Of a DNA stretch of 64,000 bases, positions 40,256-56,569 are shown in pieces. How positions within the stretch are numbered: the stretch's first letter is position 1; each line of letters opens with the position of its first letter. A program made the translations under genes and the position numbers. The notes beneath the pieces were generated by a model. It was given only the letters and a program-made list of their open reading frames with translations. It was not told where the DNA came from and searched no databases. Origin of the DNA: Chlamydiales bacterium (GTDB lineage: Bacteria; Chlamydiota; Chlamydiia; Chlamydiales; JAAZZY01); assembly GCA_965206695.1 (NCBI GenBank), contig CBDBKM010000002.1, positions 64,001-128,000 on the forward strand, in the 5' to 3' direction.

Positions 40256-40896
40256 TGGATTTAACTTCTCTTAAAAGAATTTATAATGATGATATCAAAC
40301 CTCTTTGTTTAGAAACATTTGAGACCCATCCTATTGATCAATTAACAAATTGGTTTAAGGAATTTATCAGTCAAAATATAAGTAACTGTAATGCTATGAC
40401 CCTATCGACATGTAATAAAAAGGGACACGTCTCATCTAGAACCTTATTATTAAAATATTTTGATCATAATGGTTTGCTTTTCTTCTCTCATTATAACAGT
40501 CATAAAGGTATAGATCTGAATGAAAACCCATCTGCAGCAATGACATTTTTTTGGCAAGAAGTTAATCGCCAAGTCTGTATCGAAGGGGAGGTAACAAAGA
40601 CTTCAATAGAAGAATCTACCGCTTATTTTCATTTACGGCCAAGAGATAGCCAAATCGTTACGTGGTCATCAGAACAAGATAAACCCATTAGCTCAAGACA
40701 AGAGTTAAAAGCTAAAATAACAGAAACAGAAAAACAATTTATTGATAAAGAAATTCCTCTTCCTTCTGACTGGGGAGGCTATCGTCTCACTCCTAAAAAA
40801 GTTGAATTTTGGCAAGGAGGACCGGGTAGGCTTAATGACAGATTCTATTATAGTCTGAAAGACACCCAATGGAATCTACAACAACTATCCCCATAA
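40255..40896 (+). CDS. pdxH: Pyridoxamine 5'-phosphate oxidase
   Basis: NAMTLST, SSRTLLLK, YF..RPR.SQI, WGGYRL.P..VEFWQG...RLNDR. Confidence 0.95.
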   Translation: MDLTSLKRIYNDDIKPLCLETFETHPIDQLTNWFKEFISQNISNCNAMTLSTCNKKGHVSSRTLLLKYFDHNGLLFFSHYNSHKGIDLNENPSAAMTFFWQEVNRQVCIEGEVTKTSIEESTAYFHLRPRDSQIVTWSSEQDKPISSRQELKAKITETEKQFIDKEIPLPSDWGGYRLTPKKVEFWQGGPGRLNDRFYYSLKDTQWNLQQLSP

Positions 40897-41138
40897 TATT
40901 AGATTTTAAGAGTTATTGACCTCTTTTAAAAAAAAATCGAATGATATTACTAATAGGCCCGGAATCCAATTGTCTAATCTATACACTTTTATAACCATCT
41001 ATTGATTCAATAGCCATCGACCTGAGAATATGGAGACGCTATATGGAGTATAACCACAACCCCGTCTTCAGTATTACTCAATAGAAACCCATTTTCTTTC
41101 ATAGCATCTAGAGCATGGCTCACTGCAGCTCTTTTTAT

Positions 41139-41175
41139 AAAAAAAGCCCTCTAAAACAGATGTTATTAGAGGGCT
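41139..41175 (-). terminator. Intrinsic terminator of rpoBC
   Basis: AGCCCTCTAA...TTAGAGGGCT stem followed by a T-run on the minus strand. Confidence 0.8.
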
Positions 41176-41203
41176 AAATATTTAATATTTCATTCATTAT
41201 TGA

Positions 41204-45440
<4,237 letters not shown>

Positions 45441-45450
45441 TTATAATTTG

Positions 45451-48400
45451 TTACTCAGTAAGTGCTTGCGTTTGAACATTTAAAGCTAGTCCCTGCATTT
45501 CCTTAATTAATACATTAAATGATTCAGGAGTACCTGCTTTCAATATATTTTCCCCCTTTACAATAGATTCGTAAATCCTAGTTCGTCCGGCAACATCATC
45601 TGATTTCACTGTAAGCATTTCTTGTAGTAGATGGGCTACACCATAGGCCTCTAAAGCCCAGACTTCCATCTCTCCAAAACGCTGTCCACCCATTTGCGCT
45701 TTACCACCAAGTGGCTGCTGAGTAACTAAGGAATAAGGACCTATTGATCTAGCATGAATTTTATCTGCAACTAAGTGAGAGAGTTTCAACATATAAATGT
45801 ATCCAACGACAACTTTATTATCGAACCTCTCACCGGTTCTTCCATCATAGAGATAAAATTTGCCATCTCTCGGTAATTTTTGGGCTTCCATCATTTTCCA
45901 AATTTCTTCTTCCGGAAATCCTTCAAAAACAGGACTCTTAACATGAATACCCGCTTTAAAAGCAGCAAAACCCAAATGAGTTTCTAAAAGTTGTCCCATA
46001 TTCATACGGGAAGGTACGCCCAAAGGATTCAGAATAATTTCAATTGCTTGACCGCTAGCCAGATATGGCATATCTGCTTCCGGTACAATTGAAGATACAA
46101 CCCCTTTATTACCGTGACGACCGGCCATCTTATCCCCAACTTGAAGCTTCCGTTTCGTAGCAATATATACCTTCACTTGTCGAATAACGCCTGAATCTAA
46201 CTCCGTATCACCTTTACGCATATATTCCATTTCGGATTTTCTTCTTACTTCAAGCTCATTAGATTGGATTTCATAGTCATGAAGAATGCTTTTTAACATA
46301 TTATAGATCTCATTATCTGACATAATAAGGTCTTCAACTTTTTCATTTTCAAATAAATGAATGACATCTTCAGTAATTAATTCACCATCCGGAATAATTA
46401 TCTCAGCTGTCTTACGATGAATAACAGCTCCCGGAGCTTTTTCATTTAATAATAGGGCTCCTAATTTATCTTTTCTATCAGACTGAATTTGTTGTCTCTT
46501 ATATTTGAATTCAACTTGAAGATCCTTTATTCGATTAGTCTCTTCAACTAATTCATCATCTGTTTTTGATAAACGATCTCTACGACTAAATACTTTTACA
46601 TCCATTACGATACCCTCAGTTCCGGGAGGAACTATAAGGGAAGCATCTTTAACATCTGCTGCTTTTTCTCCAAAGATAGCTCGTAATAAGCGTTCTTCCG
46701 GTGCAAGTTCCGTTTCAGTTTTTGGTGTTATTTTACCAACTAAAATATCTACGGGACCTACTTCAGCACCAATTCGAATAATTCCATCATCGCCAAGATT
46801 GTTTAATGCTTCTTCTGATACGTTAGGAATATCTCTTGTAATCTCTTCCTTTCCTAACTTAGTATCGCGAGCGCTAATTTCAAATTCTTCTAAGTACAAT
46901 GAAGTATAATAATCCTCACGTACTAATTTTTCAGAAATGATAATCGCATCCTCATAATTGTATCCACACCAGGGCATGAAAGCAACTAAGACATTTTGTC
47001 CTAAAGCGATTTCGCCTTTATCTGTTGCGCCCCCGTCAGCAATGACATCCCCTGCTTTGATTTTATCACCAACTTGGCAAAGTGGTTTTTGGTTAATTGC
47101 GGTTCCCGCATTTGAACGTAAAAATTTTTTAAGCTCATACTTGGTTTTCTCTTCAGAAAGATCATCCGTAGCGATAACGATTTCGTATCCATCTACATAA
47201 TCAATGACCCCATCCTTTTCAGCAACTAAAACAGCCCCGGAATCACGTGCAGCTCTTGCTTCAACTCCGGTGCCAACAATGGGTGCATTTGGCTTTAAAA
47301 GAGGAACAGCTTGTCTTTGCATATTCGTTCCCATCAAAGCTCGGTTCGCATCATCGTGTTCAAGAAAAGGTATGAGGCCGGTTACAATAGAAACTAACTG
47401 CTTTGGCGAAACATCCATATGTGTTATTTTTTCAGCTTCAATTTCAAGAGGATCACCACGATAACGTGCCCAACAAATTGGATTGGTAAACATCTTAAAC
47501 TCATCTAATGGAGCAGATGCTTGCGCAATAACACATTTTTCCTCCTGATCCGCCGTCATGTATTCAATCTCATCTGTAACAACCCCATCACGAACGATAC
47601 GATACGGTGTCTCAATGAATCCAAATTCATTTATTTTTGCGTATGATGATAATGATGTTATCAAACCAATATTTGGTCCTTCAGGAGTTTCGATAGGACA
47701 AATTCTACCATAATGACTGAGGTGCACATCTCGAACTTCAAAACCCGCTCTCTCTCTATTCAAACCACCGGGTCCTAAAGCAGAAAGGCGTCTTTTGTGA
47801 GTCAGCTCAGCTACAGGATTTGTTTGATCCATAAATTGAGATAATTGAGAGCGACCAAAGAAATCTTTTAAAACACCGGCTAAACCTTTAGCAGAAACAA
47901 TTTTTCCGGGAGTTAAGGTATCAGAAGAGAAATCGAACAAATTCATTCGTTCTCTAATGATTTTTTCCATTCTCGCTAAGCCCATTCGACATTGATTTTG
48001 TATCAATTCTCCAACAGACCTTACTCTTCGATTTCCAAGATGGTCGATATCATCAACATTTGCATCTTCATCGCCTCGTTTTAAACGAATAAGATATCTA
48101 AGAGCTTCGATAATATCTTCTTTTCTTAAGGTAACGACCTGTAAAGATTTATCATCAATTTCAAAACCTAACTTACTATTTAGCTTATAACGACCAACTT
48201 TTCCTAAATTATATCTTTTAGGATCAAAAAAGAGTCTCATCATAGCTGATCGGGCATTCGATAATGTAGCCGGTTCGCCCGGTCTGATTTTGCGATAAAA
48301 ATCTTTTAAAGCAGATTCATATGAATCCGTTGGGTCCTTAGCAAGCATTTTTATAATAGGACTATTTTCATCAGCATCTTCTGCAATCCGAATCAAACGG

Positions 48401-49212
48401 ATGCCTGCATCCATCATTCGTTTTAACATTGCAGTTGTCAATTTCTCAGCAGATTTACCAAAAACGATTCCGGTCTCTTCATCAATTACGTCTTCAGCTA
48501 AGATCTTTCCAACTAATTTAGCAAAGTCTTTTTCAGACTTAATTTTAAATTTACAAGTGCTGAAGAACTCTTCAATAATATCCGAATCAGTAGAATAACC
48601 TAATGTTCTGATAAATGAAGTTGCCAATACTTTTCTTCTGCGTTTTTTTCGATCAATATAAATATATATCAAATCATTAGTATCAAAAGCCGCTTCTAAC
48701 CAACTACCTCTATAAGGTATGATCCTGAAAGATTGGATCATGGTACCTTTAGAGTGCCTTTCTTGTTCAAATGAAATACCGGGGGAACGATGTAATTGAG
48801 AAACAATAACCCGTTCAGCTCCATTTATGATAAAAGTTCCCTTTTCAGTCATGACAGGAATCGTTCCCATATAGACTTCTTCTTCTTTTATCCCGGTTTC
48901 ATCTGTTAAGCGAAAACACACTTTTAACGTAACATTGTAAGTGATTCCTCTTCTGATACATTCATCAGGATTATATTTAGGTTGCCCAAGATTATATGAT
49001 ATAAACTCTAAAATAGTTTTATCATCGTATGTTTTTATAGGAAAAACTTCATTAAAGATTTCTTGAAGTCCAACACTCTCTCTTTCATGAGATAACTTTT
49101 CAAGTTGCAAAAATTCATTATATGATTTTAGTTGAACCTCGATCAAGTTTGGAAGGTCAATAATATCGATTTTTTCGAAAAAACCCAGGCGATCCAGTGC
49201 TTTTTTTAACAT
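45451..49212 (-). CDS. rpoB: RNA polymerase beta subunit
   Basis: [45 protein letters not shown]. Confidence 0.98.
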   Translation of the reverse strand: MLKKALDRLGFFEKIDIIDLPNLIEVQLKSYNEFLQLEKLSHERESVGLQEIFNEVFPIKTYDDKTILEFISYNLGQPKYNPDECIRRGITYNVTLKVCFRLTDETGIKEEEVYMGTIPVMTEKGTFIINGAERVIVSQLHRSPGISFEQERHSKGTMIQSFRIIPYRGSWLEAAFDTNDLIYIYIDRKKRRRKVLATSFIRTLGYSTDSDIIEEFFSTCKFKIKSEKDFAKLVGKILAEDVIDEETGIVFGKSAEKLTTAMLKRMMDAGIRLIRIAEDADENSPIIKMLAKDPTDSYESALKDFYRKIRPGEPATLSNARSAMMRLFFDPKRYNLGKVGRYKLNSKLGFEIDDKSLQVVTLRKEDIIEALRYLIRLKRGDEDANVDDIDHLGNRRVRSVGELIQNQCRMGLARMEKIIRERMNLFDFSSDTLTPGKIVSAKGLAGVLKDFFGRSQLSQFMDQTNPVAELTHKRRLSALGPGGLNRERAGFEVRDVHLSHYGRICPIETPEGPNIGLITSLSSYAKINEFGFIETPYRIVRDGVVTDEIEYMTADQEEKCVIAQASAPLDEFKMFTNPICWARYRGDPLEIEAEKITHMDVSPKQLVSIVTGLIPFLEHDDANRALMGTNMQRQAVPLLKPNAPIVGTGVEARAARDSGAVLVAEKDGVIDYVDGYEIVIATDDLSEEKTKYELKKFLRSNAGTAINQKPLCQVGDKIKAGDVIADGGATDKGEIALGQNVLVAFMPWCGYNYEDAIIISEKLVREDYYTSLYLEEFEISARDTKLGKEEITRDIPNVSEEALNNLGDDGIIRIGAEVGPVDILVGKITPKTETELAPEERLLRAIFGEKAADVKDASLIVPPGTEGIVMDVKVFSRRDRLSKTDDELVEETNRIKDLQVEFKYKRQQIQSDRKDKLGALLLNEKAPGAVIHRKTAEIIIPDGELITEDVIHLFENEKVEDLIMSDNEIYNMLKSILHDYEIQSNELEVRRKSEMEYMRKGDTELDSGVIRQVKVYIATKRKLQVGDKMAGRHGNKGVVSSIVPEADMPYLASGQAIEIILNPLGVPSRMNMGQLLETHLGFAAFKAGIHVKSPVFEGFPEEEIWKMMEAQKLPRDGKFYLYDGRTGERFDNKVVVGYIYMLKLSHLVADKIHARSIGPYSLVTQQPLGGKAQMGGQRFGEMEVWALEAYGVAHLLQEMLTVKSDDVAGRTRIYESIVKGENILKAGTPESFNVLIKEMQGLALNVQTQALTE

Positions 49213-49732
49213 GATGATAAGCTCCTATCAGAGGTAAAAGTATTCATTGAATTTTTTGAATGCATAAATTGCCGGTTGCATAAAACCAAAGATATTATTT
49301 TCTCAGTATTATATATCGCCATCCTATCACGTAATTGCAGTAGGAATCTCTCTTCTATTCTTAAGCACCTAAATAACGAGAATACAATATCCAGAATTCT
49401 CACCCATTGGATTTTAAAATGAGATAATAAAACTAATAATCTGATGTTTATATATCTTATTTCGTCATTTTCCTTATATCATTGACTTATTGTAATCTAT
49501 TCATAATTCATACATATAAAATTTAGTTTTGATGCAATGGTTAGTAATAAACGTTATACTACCTCAATTGAAGGGTATTTATTTTATCAAAACCTAAGTC
49601 AATTATATCGTTTACTGACTACAAGCTTGTTTGGCACAGTTCTATTAATATACTTGACAGGGTTTGTACCACAACAAGCCTAATATCATCTATCTTTATC
49701 TAGTGGCTTTTTCAAATAAAACCCCTAATTAA

Positions 49733-50113
49733 TTATAACCCTTTAAGAGTGCCTTTCCCGCCGGCCGCAGCAATCTTCTTAATGATTTCATCTGCTTCAG
49801 CTTTAGCTACACTTTCTTTAACAACTTTAGGTGCTCTTTCAACTAATTCTTTGGCCTCTTTAAGACCTAATCCTGTAATCTCACGAACAACTTTAATAAT
49901 CGCAATTTTCTTATCAGCCGGTGATTCCGCTAGTGTTACTTCGAAATCAGTTGATTCTTCAACAGCAGCAGCATTATCAGCCGGCGCAGCAGCGACAACT
50001 TGAGCTGCTGCTGCAGCTTTTACGCCCCACTTGTCTTCTAGTGCAGTTTTTAATTCAGCTAACTCAATCACAGTAAGCTTGCTCAGTTCTTCAACAAGAG
50101 CTTCTTTATTCAC
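49733..50113 (-). CDS. rplL: 50S ribosomal protein L7/L12
   Basis: [23 protein letters not shown] start after GAGG. Confidence 0.97.
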   Translation of the reverse strand: MNKEALVEELSKLTVIELAELKTALEDKWGVKAAAAAQVVAAAPADNAAAVEESTDFEVTLAESPADKKIAIIKVVREITGLGLKEAKELVERAPKVVKESVAKAEADEIIKKIAAAGGKGTLKGL

Positions 50114-50290
50114 GGTAGTACCTCTCTAATTGCTAATTTGTTTCTTGTTACATTGCAAAAATAGTAATCTGAAATTGAATTCACTAAAACTTTTGCTAAC
50201 TTTTTTCTTCTATCACTTTATCTTTGATAGAAGATGTAAAATAAAATATATTATGCTACTTTATTAAAGCAACAACGCCCCCTCTCTCCC

Positions 50291-50812
50291 CTATCCTTCA
50301 GAGGCTTTGGTTACTTTATTATCCATACAGTATAATACGCCGGTTAAAATAGCTTCAAACGTACTTAATGTTTGAGCCATTGGAGCCTCAAATAACCCAA
50401 TAACTTGTGCACGCATTTCATCTTTGGAAGGTAGTTTAGACAAGAATTCAACTTTAGTAGCATCACAGAGCTGTCCGTCAATATGACCGGCTAATATTGA
50501 AACCACATTGTTCTTTTCTTTACTAAAAGCGCAAATTATTTTTGCTGTTTCCACCGCTTCTTCCGAGGCAAATACAACACCAATATGCCCTTCTAAATTA
50601 TCTTTTTTAAGATCTATTCCGCATTGATTTGCGGCTTTTAAAAAAACTCTTTTAGAAACCACTTCATATTCACCCCCTACCTCATGGACTTTATTTCTGA
50701 AATCCGTTGCATCAGTAGCTGATAATTTGAAATATTTTGTGACAATAAAGGATTGGTATCCTTCGATTTTATTTTTTATATCTTGTAGTAATAATTCTTT
50801 TTCTACTCTCAT
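50291..50812 (-). CDS. rplJ: 50S ribosomal protein L10
   Basis: LSKLPSKDEMRAQ; position between rplA and rplL. Confidence 0.93.
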   Translation of the reverse strand: MRVEKELLLQDIKNKIEGYQSFIVTKYFKLSATDATDFRNKVHEVGGEYEVVSKRVFLKAANQCGIDLKKDNLEGHIGVVFASEEAVETAKIICAFSKEKNNVVSILAGHIDGQLCDATKVEFLSKLPSKDEMRAQVIGLFEAPMAQTLSTFEAILTGVLYCMDNKVTKASEG

Positions 50813-50820
50813 GTCTTCTC

Positions 50821-51516
50821 TTAGCTCGGAATTTCTTTCTGATGAATTTTTAGTCCTGGGCCCATTGTAGAAGCTAAAACTAATGATTTAATATATACAC
50901 CTTTTGCTGTAGCCGGTTTAGCTTTCACTATAGCTTGAACTAGTTCCTTGATATTTTCGGTTAGTTTAAAAGCTTCAAAAGACAATTTCCCGACAATGTT
51001 ATTAATAACACCACTTTTATCAACTTTAAACTCTACTTTCCCTCCCCGTATTTCTTGAACAGCTTTTGCTATATCCGTTGTAACTGTCCCGGCTTTAGGA
51101 GATGGCATTAAACCACGTGGACCTAGTACTTTTCCCAATTTCCCTACTTCCCTCATCATATCAGGAGTAGTAATCATTGCTTCAAAATCAGTCCAACCGG
51201 CATTGATTTTTTCTATATATTCTTCAGCACCGGCCATATCTGCTCCGGCATCTAAAGCTTCTTGGACTTTTTTACCTTTAGCTAGAACTAATACCCGGAT
51301 AGTCTTCCCCGTTCCATGAGGCAATGATATTGTTCCTCGAACTAGTTGATCTGATTTACGTGGATCAACACCCATTACCAAGGAGATTTCAATCGACTGA
51401 TCAAACTTGACTTTTGGGCATTTCTGCAAGATTGCTAATGCTTCATCTAGATCGTATTGCTTATTTTTATCAAATAGCTTGACAATTTCTTTAAAACGTA
51501 TACTTAATCGTCCCAT
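50821..51516 (-). CDS. rplA: 50S ribosomal protein L1
   Basis: LPHGTGK, LGKVLGPRGLMPSPK.GTVT, STMGPG. Confidence 0.97.
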   Translation of the reverse strand: MGRLSIRFKEIVKLFDKNKQYDLDEALAILQKCPKVKFDQSIEISLVMGVDPRKSDQLVRGTISLPHGTGKTIRVLVLAKGKKVQEALDAGADMAGAEEYIEKINAGWTDFEAMITTPDMMREVGKLGKVLGPRGLMPSPKAGTVTTDIAKAVQEIRGGKVEFKVDKSGVINNIVGKLSFEAFKLTENIKELVQAIVKAKPATAKGVYIKSLVLASTMGPGLKIHQKEIPS

Positions 51517-51522
51517 AAATAA

Positions 51523-51960
51523 TTACTCGCCTCTTACTGTATCAACACCCATTGATCGGGCAGTTCCAATTACCATATTCATAGCAGCTTCAGGTGTGCG
51601 GGCATTTAAATCCTTCATCTTCTTCTTTGCTATTTCTAAAGCTTGAGCCTCTGTCATCTTACCAACCTTATCTCGATTAGGAACACCGGACCCTTTTTCT
51701 AAATTTAACGTTTTTAATATCATGCCTGCAACCGGGGGCTGCTTGGTAATGAACGTAAAGCTTTTATCAGCATACACAGTAATAACCACCGGTAATACAT
51801 CGCCGGCTTTGTCTTGTGTTTTCGCATTAAATTCTTTACAGAACCCCATAATATTTACCCCTGCGGAACCTAGAGCCGGGCCTATAGGAGGTGCAGGATT
51901 CGCTTTTCCTGCAGGGATTTGTAATTTAATAATCTTTGCAATTTTTTTGGCCTTAGCCAT
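51523..51960 (-). CDS. rplK: 50S ribosomal protein L11
   Basis: [29 protein letters not shown]; start at 51960 after GAGG. Confidence 0.97.
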   Translation of the reverse strand: MAKAKKIAKIIKLQIPAGKANPAPPIGPALGSAGVNIMGFCKEFNAKTQDKAGDVLPVVITVYADKSFTFITKQPPVAGMILKTLNLEKGSGVPNRDKVGKMTEAQALEIAKKKMKDLNARTPEAAMNMVIGTARSMGVDTVRGE

Positions 51961-52014
51961 TTTTAACCTCATGATCTTTGACTTAATTTCCAAATGAAGG
52001 CTAAATCCTGAACA

Positions 52015-52572
52015 CTAACCTTCTTCCTTATCTTCGTTATACTCTTCAACCTGCCAAAATTCTAAGTCATCCACTTGAGTTTCCCGACCGAAAATAGAAA
52101 CCAGCGCACTAAGACGACCTTTATCATGATAAACTTCAATAATTGTTCCAACAAAGTTGACAAAAACACCATCGGTTATCTTCACATAATCTCCGGAAGA
52201 AAACTTATGCTTTTGGGTCACACCCTGTTTCTTATCTTCTAGATCGTTTAAAATATCTTCTACTTCATCGTCATTCAAGGGGGTTGGTATCTCTCCACCT
52301 AAGAAACCAACTACTCCATTTGTATTGGTAACATAGGTCCATGAATCGTCATTCAACACCATTTTAACCAGAATATATCCCGGCCAAATTCGTTTTTCGC
52401 TGACTTTCTGTTGACCCTGCTTAACCTCTAATACATTTTCCGTCGGTAAAACAACCTCGTCTATTTGTTCCGACATACCGTGTACTTCTTTAAAGTCTTC
52501 TAGAGCTTTTTTGACTTTTTTTTCCTTCGTAGATACTACTTGAACCACATACCATTTGCGCAAAACGTCCAT
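52015..52572 (-). CDS. nusG: Transcription termination/antitermination factor NusG
   Basis: KWYVVQV, PGYILVKM, KOW-like G..V.I.DG.F, VSIFGRET. Confidence 0.96.
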   Translation of the reverse strand: MDVLRKWYVVQVVSTKEKKVKKALEDFKEVHGMSEQIDEVVLPTENVLEVKQGQQKVSEKRIWPGYILVKMVLNDDSWTYVTNTNGVVGFLGGEIPTPLNDDEVEDILNDLEDKKQGVTQKHKFSSGDYVKITDGVFVNFVGTIIEVYHDKGRLSALVSIFGRETQVDDLEFWQVEEYNEDKEEG

Positions 52573-52578
52573 CTTGAC

Positions 52579-52836
52579 CTAACCACCAAATACTTTTGTT
52601 ATTATGTTGATTCCTTGAAGCGTATATTGGATAACGACATCAAAAAAATATATCAGCATCCCGAAAAAAAAAGTAGTTCCCAGAACCACGTTAGTATACA
52701 GTTTTAGTTCATCTTTATTTGTCCAGGTGACTAGTTTCATCTCGTGACGAACACCTCGAAGAAATGTCAAAAGACTTCTTCTTGGCTTTTCTTTCGTTTT
52801 GGAATTCAACTGCACTTTTCTCGCACTCATGAACAT
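52579..52836 (-). CDS. secE: Preprotein translocase subunit SecE
   Basis: EMKLVTW motif plus single TM; upstream of nusG. Confidence 0.9.
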   Translation of the reverse strand: MFMSARKVQLNSKTKEKPRRSLLTFLRGVRHEMKLVTWTNKDELKLYTNVVLGTTFFFGMLIYFFDVVIQYTLQGINIITKVFGG

Positions 52837-52872
52837 AATTCATCACTTTAATTTAAGATTTTGCTTTATCAA

Positions 52873-52946
52873 CGAGTGCGGAGGGATTCGAACCCCCGAC
52901 CGACGACTTTGGAGATCGTTGCTCTACCAAACTGAGCTACACACCC
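52873..52946 (-). tRNA. tRNA-Trp (CCA), 3' CCA not encoded
   Basis: Cloverleaf GGGTGTG..CGCACTC; anticodon arm ACGAT-CT-CCA-AA-GTCGT; GGTTCGAATCC. Confidence 0.95.
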
Positions 52947-53017
52947 TCTTAATTCAGAGAATAGATCATGATGAGGTAAAACTCATCATGACAACATCTT
53001 CGCTCGGCCATTTAGAG

Positions 53018-54202
53018 CTATTCAATAATCTCCGTTACTGTACCGGCACCAATTGTTCTACCACCCTCACGAATAGCAAAACGCATTCCTTCTTCCATCG
53101 CCACAGGAGCCATAAGCTCTCCGGATAATTCAACGTTATCACCGGGCATCACCATTTCTGTGCCTTCAGGTAGTGTCACACTTCCTGTCACATCAGTGGT
53201 TCTGAAATAAAATTGCGGACGATAACCGGCAAAGAAAGGCTTATGACGTCCACCTTCCTCTTTAGTAAGAACATATACTGTCCCTTTAAACTTGGTATGC
53301 GGAGCACATGTTCCCGGAGCAGCTAAAACCATCCCTCTCTCAACATCATCTTTACCCACACCTCGCAAAAGAACCCCGACATTTTCTCCGGCACGAGCTT
53401 CATCAAGAAGTTTCTTAAACATCTCCAATCCGGTTGCAACTGTTTCACGAGTCTCTTTTAGTCCAACAAGCTCTAACTTGTCATTTAGTCTAACCACACC
53501 TTTTTCAACTCTACCGGTAGCTACTGTACCACGACCTGAAATAGAGAAAACATCCTCAATCGGCATTAAGAAAGGCTTATCAACATCTCTTTCCGGAGTT
53601 GGGATATGCCTATCCACAGCACCCATTAACTCTTCAATCTTTGCTGCGTATGCCGGATCACCTTCTAAAGCTTTCAAAGCAGAACCTTTAATAATCGGCA
53701 CATCATTATAGCCTTTACTCTCTAGTAATTCAGCCAATTCCATCTCAACCAGTTCAAGAAGCTCTTGATCTTCTTCACCTATTTGATCCACTTTATTCAA
53801 AAACACAACGATCGACGGAACCCCAACTTGGTGAGCTAAAAGAATATGTTCTTTTGTTTGAGGCATAGCACCATCAGTTGCGGCTACAACCAAAATAGCT
53901 CCATCCATTTGAGCGGCACCCGTAATCATATTTTTTACATAATCCGCGTGACCGGGACAGTCCACATGAGCGTAGTGACGTTTTTCTGTCTCATACTCGA
54001 CATGTGAAGAATTAATGGTAATTCCACGCGCTTTTTCCTCCGGAGTATTATCAATTGAGTCATAATCCCGAAAATCAGCACCACCTTTTTCTGCCATACA
54101 TTTTGTAATCGCCGCTGTAAGAGTAGTTTTACCATGGTCTACGTGTCCTATTGTTCCAATATTGACGTGCGGTTTGTTTCTCTGAAATGATTCTTTAGCC
54201 AT
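53018..54202 (-). CDS. tuf: Elongation factor Tu
   Basis: [34 protein letters not shown]. Confidence 0.99.
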   Translation of the reverse strand: MAKESFQRNKPHVNIGTIGHVDHGKTTLTAAITKCMAEKGGADFRDYDSIDNTPEEKARGITINSSHVEYETEKRHYAHVDCPGHADYVKNMITGAAQMDGAILVVAATDGAMPQTKEHILLAHQVGVPSIVVFLNKVDQIGEEDQELLELVEMELAELLESKGYNDVPIIKGSALKALEGDPAYAAKIEELMGAVDRHIPTPERDVDKPFLMPIEDVFSISGRGTVATGRVEKGVVRLNDKLELVGLKETRETVATGLEMFKKLLDEARAGENVGVLLRGVGKDDVERGMVLAAPGTCAPHTKFKGTVYVLTKEEGGRHKPFFAGYRPQFYFRTTDVTGSVTLPEGTEMVMPGDNVELSGELMAPVAMEEGMRFAIREGGRTIGAGTVTEIIE

Positions 54203-54258
54203 ACTTTTTCTTCCTCCGTTAGGCTGCGCTAAACGCTATAAAGGTTCAATTGCACCTC

Positions 54259-54330
54259 TGCCCAGAATAGGAATTGAACCTACGACCGCTTGCTTACCAT
54301 GCAAGTGCTCTACCCCTGAGCTATCTGGGC
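54259..54330 (-). tRNA. tRNA-Thr (GGT), 3' CCA not encoded
   Basis: GCCCAGA..TCTGGGC acceptor; anticodon arm CTTGC-AT-GGT-AA-GCAAG; GGTTCAATTCC. Confidence 0.95.
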
Positions 54331-54477
54331 TTAATTTTATACTTAGTGCCGTCACTTAATTTCTTGCTTAAAAAGCAAGAGTGACTCTTTCTTTCAGGTT
54401 AAATATTCTTTAATAATTCGAAAGCCTATAAGTTTAGGGACCTAGTTTAAATAAATCAACTATAATCTTACTAAAAT

Positions 54478-54696
54478 TTATCTTTGACGATACACAATCC
54501 TAGCCTTTGATAGATCATATGGTGACATTTCAACAACAACAACATCTCCAACTGAAACCCGAATATTTCGTAATCGCATTTTCCCACAAAGGTGGGCATA
54601 AACCTGCTTCCCATTGTCAAGTTTCACGCTAAATGTCATATTTGGCAACAATTCTTCGATTGTCCCCTCTAATTTTAAAGTATCTTCTTTTGCCAT
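54478..54696 (-). CDS. infA: Translation initiation factor IF-1
   Basis: MAKED...[27 protein letters not shown]. Confidence 0.97.
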   Translation of the reverse strand: MAKEDTLKLEGTIEELLPNMTFSVKLDNGKQVYAHLCGKMRLRNIRVSVGDVVVVEMSPYDLSKARIVYRQR

Positions 54697-54904
54697 AAAT
54701 TAATTATATATCGAGTTTTGAAGCATTTGAAGGTAACAATGGAACTAAAAAATCGTATTACTGTCAATCAATTTTATATTTTTATTTCTAAACGGATCCC
54801 CTAGCTCCGTAAAGATCTGTAATAAAATTTATAATTAGCAACTTTGATCTAATTCAATATCCATGTATAAACATTTACTTAATTAAATTACTCATGTCTC
54901 GTTC

Positions 54905-56191
54905 ATGATAAAAAAACAAGTGAACTATCGTTTTCAACATCCCTTTTTTGTTTTCATATTGGCCGTCATAGTCGGAATTATATCCTCTTTATCAGTCGTT
55001 GTCTTCAGAGAGCTGATCCTTGCTACCCGCTATCTAATATTTGGTTCATCTTCTCAAATGATGTTTGTTATAGGAAATAAAATACTTTGGTGGATTTTTC
55101 TTATCATAATTTCAGTAGGTGGTATTTTAATAAGTCTTGTTACTACTTATTTTTTGAAAGCCAAACACCCTCCCGGATTAGCTGAAATAATCAGAAATCA
55201 AAAAGACGAACAATCCTTTTCCATAAAAGAGGGGCTTGGTGGAGCTATAGTTAATTTTTTTTCAATCGCTATCGGAGCATCGGTTGGGAGGGAGGGTCCT
55301 GCTATCCATTTAGCCACTAGTATCAGTGTTTGGTTCACCGATATCTGTCGATTGACTCATAAAAACTTAAAACTTCTTTTATGCTGCGCTATCGCCTCTG
55401 CTTTGGCCTCATCTTTTAATACCCCTATTGCCGGCATTATCTTTGCCTTTGAACTTCTTTCTTTTCCTGTGGCTTTGTTAAGCCTTTTCCCGATTGCTTT
55501 GGCATCTGCCGGCGGTACTTTTATCACCCGCATAATTTATGGGGACTTTCCGGCGTTCATTATCCCTCACTATGAGTTAGGAGGGTTTAAAACATTTCCT
55601 CTTTATATTTTGCTTGGAATTTTCGCCGGTTTTATATCCTCAGGCTTTATGTATAGTATGACCGGATTATCACATCTTACTTTAAAAACACTTTTACCCG
55701 GATGGTTTTTGGCTGCTATCGCCGGTGCAATAGTTGCCGGTATTGGTTTTTATTACCCACAAGTATTAGGAATTGGATATCAAACAATAGATTCAATCCT
55801 TATAGAACCTAGTCCTCTAATCTTTTTATTATACCTATTCATCGCTAAATTCCTTGCTACCGCTTTATGTATAGGATCGGGATTTGGAGGTGGTATCTTG
55901 ACCCCGTCACTTTTTTTAGGTGCTGTTTTTGGAACTTTATTCGGAGTGATCGTACAATATATTTTACCGGAAGCTACAATAGATTATAGAACTTATACCC
56001 TAACCTGTATGGCAGCCATTACAGGAGCTGTTTTAGGCACGCCCTTGGCCTTGGTCATTATTATCTTTGAACTGACTAAAGATTACCTCTTAGCCCTAAA
56101 CGTTCTATTCGCTTGTATGTTCTCTTATTTTATCAGCTTAAAATTATTTGGCACTTCTTTCTTCCACCACCGGCTAATTAAAAAATTATAA
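54905..56191 (+). CDS. ClC-family chloride channel / H+:Cl- antiporter, no CBS domains
   Basis: GASVGREGP, FNTPIAG..FAFE, GGGILTPSL..GA, GTPL....IIFELT. Confidence 0.92.
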   Translation: MIKKQVNYRFQHPFFVFILAVIVGIISSLSVVVFRELILATRYLIFGSSSQMMFVIGNKILWWIFLIIISVGGILISLVTTYFLKAKHPPGLAEIIRNQKDEQSFSIKEGLGGAIVNFFSIAIGASVGREGPAIHLATSISVWFTDICRLTHKNLKLLLCCAIASALASSFNTPIAGIIFAFELLSFPVALLSLFPIALASAGGTFITRIIYGDFPAFIIPHYELGGFKTFPLYILLGIFAGFISSGFMYSMTGLSHLTLKTLLPGWFLAAIAGAIVAGIGFYYPQVLGIGYQTIDSILIEPSPLIFLLYLFIAKFLATALCIGSGFGGGILTPSLFLGAVFGTLFGVIVQYILPEATIDYRTYTLTCMAAITGAVLGTPLALVIIIFELTKDYLLALNVLFACMFSYFISLKLFGTSFFHHRLIKKL

Positions 56192-56218
56192 TGTTAACCC
56201 TAATTCTTCAAAGTATTC

Positions 56219-56276
56219 TTGACTGCTTCCGGCCCTCAAGGAAAGAGATTCCTCATTCAATAATCCTTGCTAACAA
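56219..56276 (-). mobile_element. Orphan IS200/IS605 right end (3' half of omegaRNA scaffold)
   Basis: Minus strand TTGTTAGC..GAATGAGGAATCTCTTTCCTTGAGGGCCGGAAGCAGTCAA aligns to 26499-26557. Confidence 0.75.
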
Positions 56277-56279
56277 ATC

Positions 56280-56368
56280 CTTAAACCGAGTCACAATCGA
56301 GGTTTTAATCCCCAAGTAGTCGTTATGGATGCAGGGTATTCTAGTTTAAAAAATTGAAAGTCTATCAG
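56280..56368 (+). repeat. IS701 transposase fragment, inverted copy of ~60840-60930
   Basis: High identity to the reverse complement of 60840-60930. Confidence 0.85.
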
Positions 56369-56540
56369 AAGACCTCTGCATAACTGACTTGATAATATTT
56401 TTTTAAAACTCACTGATTGTTTACACTTATTTTTCATTTATTTTGATAAATTTTATAATAAGCAGTTTTTTTATTATGGGTGCAAAGCATCGCAATAGGC
56501 ACCGGAAATCGTTGTCAGAAATCAGTTATGCAAAGGTCTT
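56369..56540. mobile_element. 172-bp MITE with 19-bp TIRs (IS5/IS1106-like ends)
   Basis: AAGACCTCTGCATAACTGA ... TCAGTTATGCAAAGGTCTT (1 mismatch); solo ends also at 25730-25751 and ~18064-18080. Confidence 0.8.
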
Positions 56541-56569
56541 TTGAAGATTGGGAGCTGTCAAAAACATCA

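Noticed and set aside
40990..41135. Short open frame downstream of the rpoC terminator
   Set aside because: No start context or recognisable motif
46748..46760. Rpo[10 protein letters not shown] instead of the usual PGDILVGK
   Set aside because: A single-base difference that could be an error or a lineage variant; cannot be judged without reads
52799..53128. 109-aa plus-strand ORF
   Set aside because: Antisense to tRNA-Trp and the ends of secE and tuf
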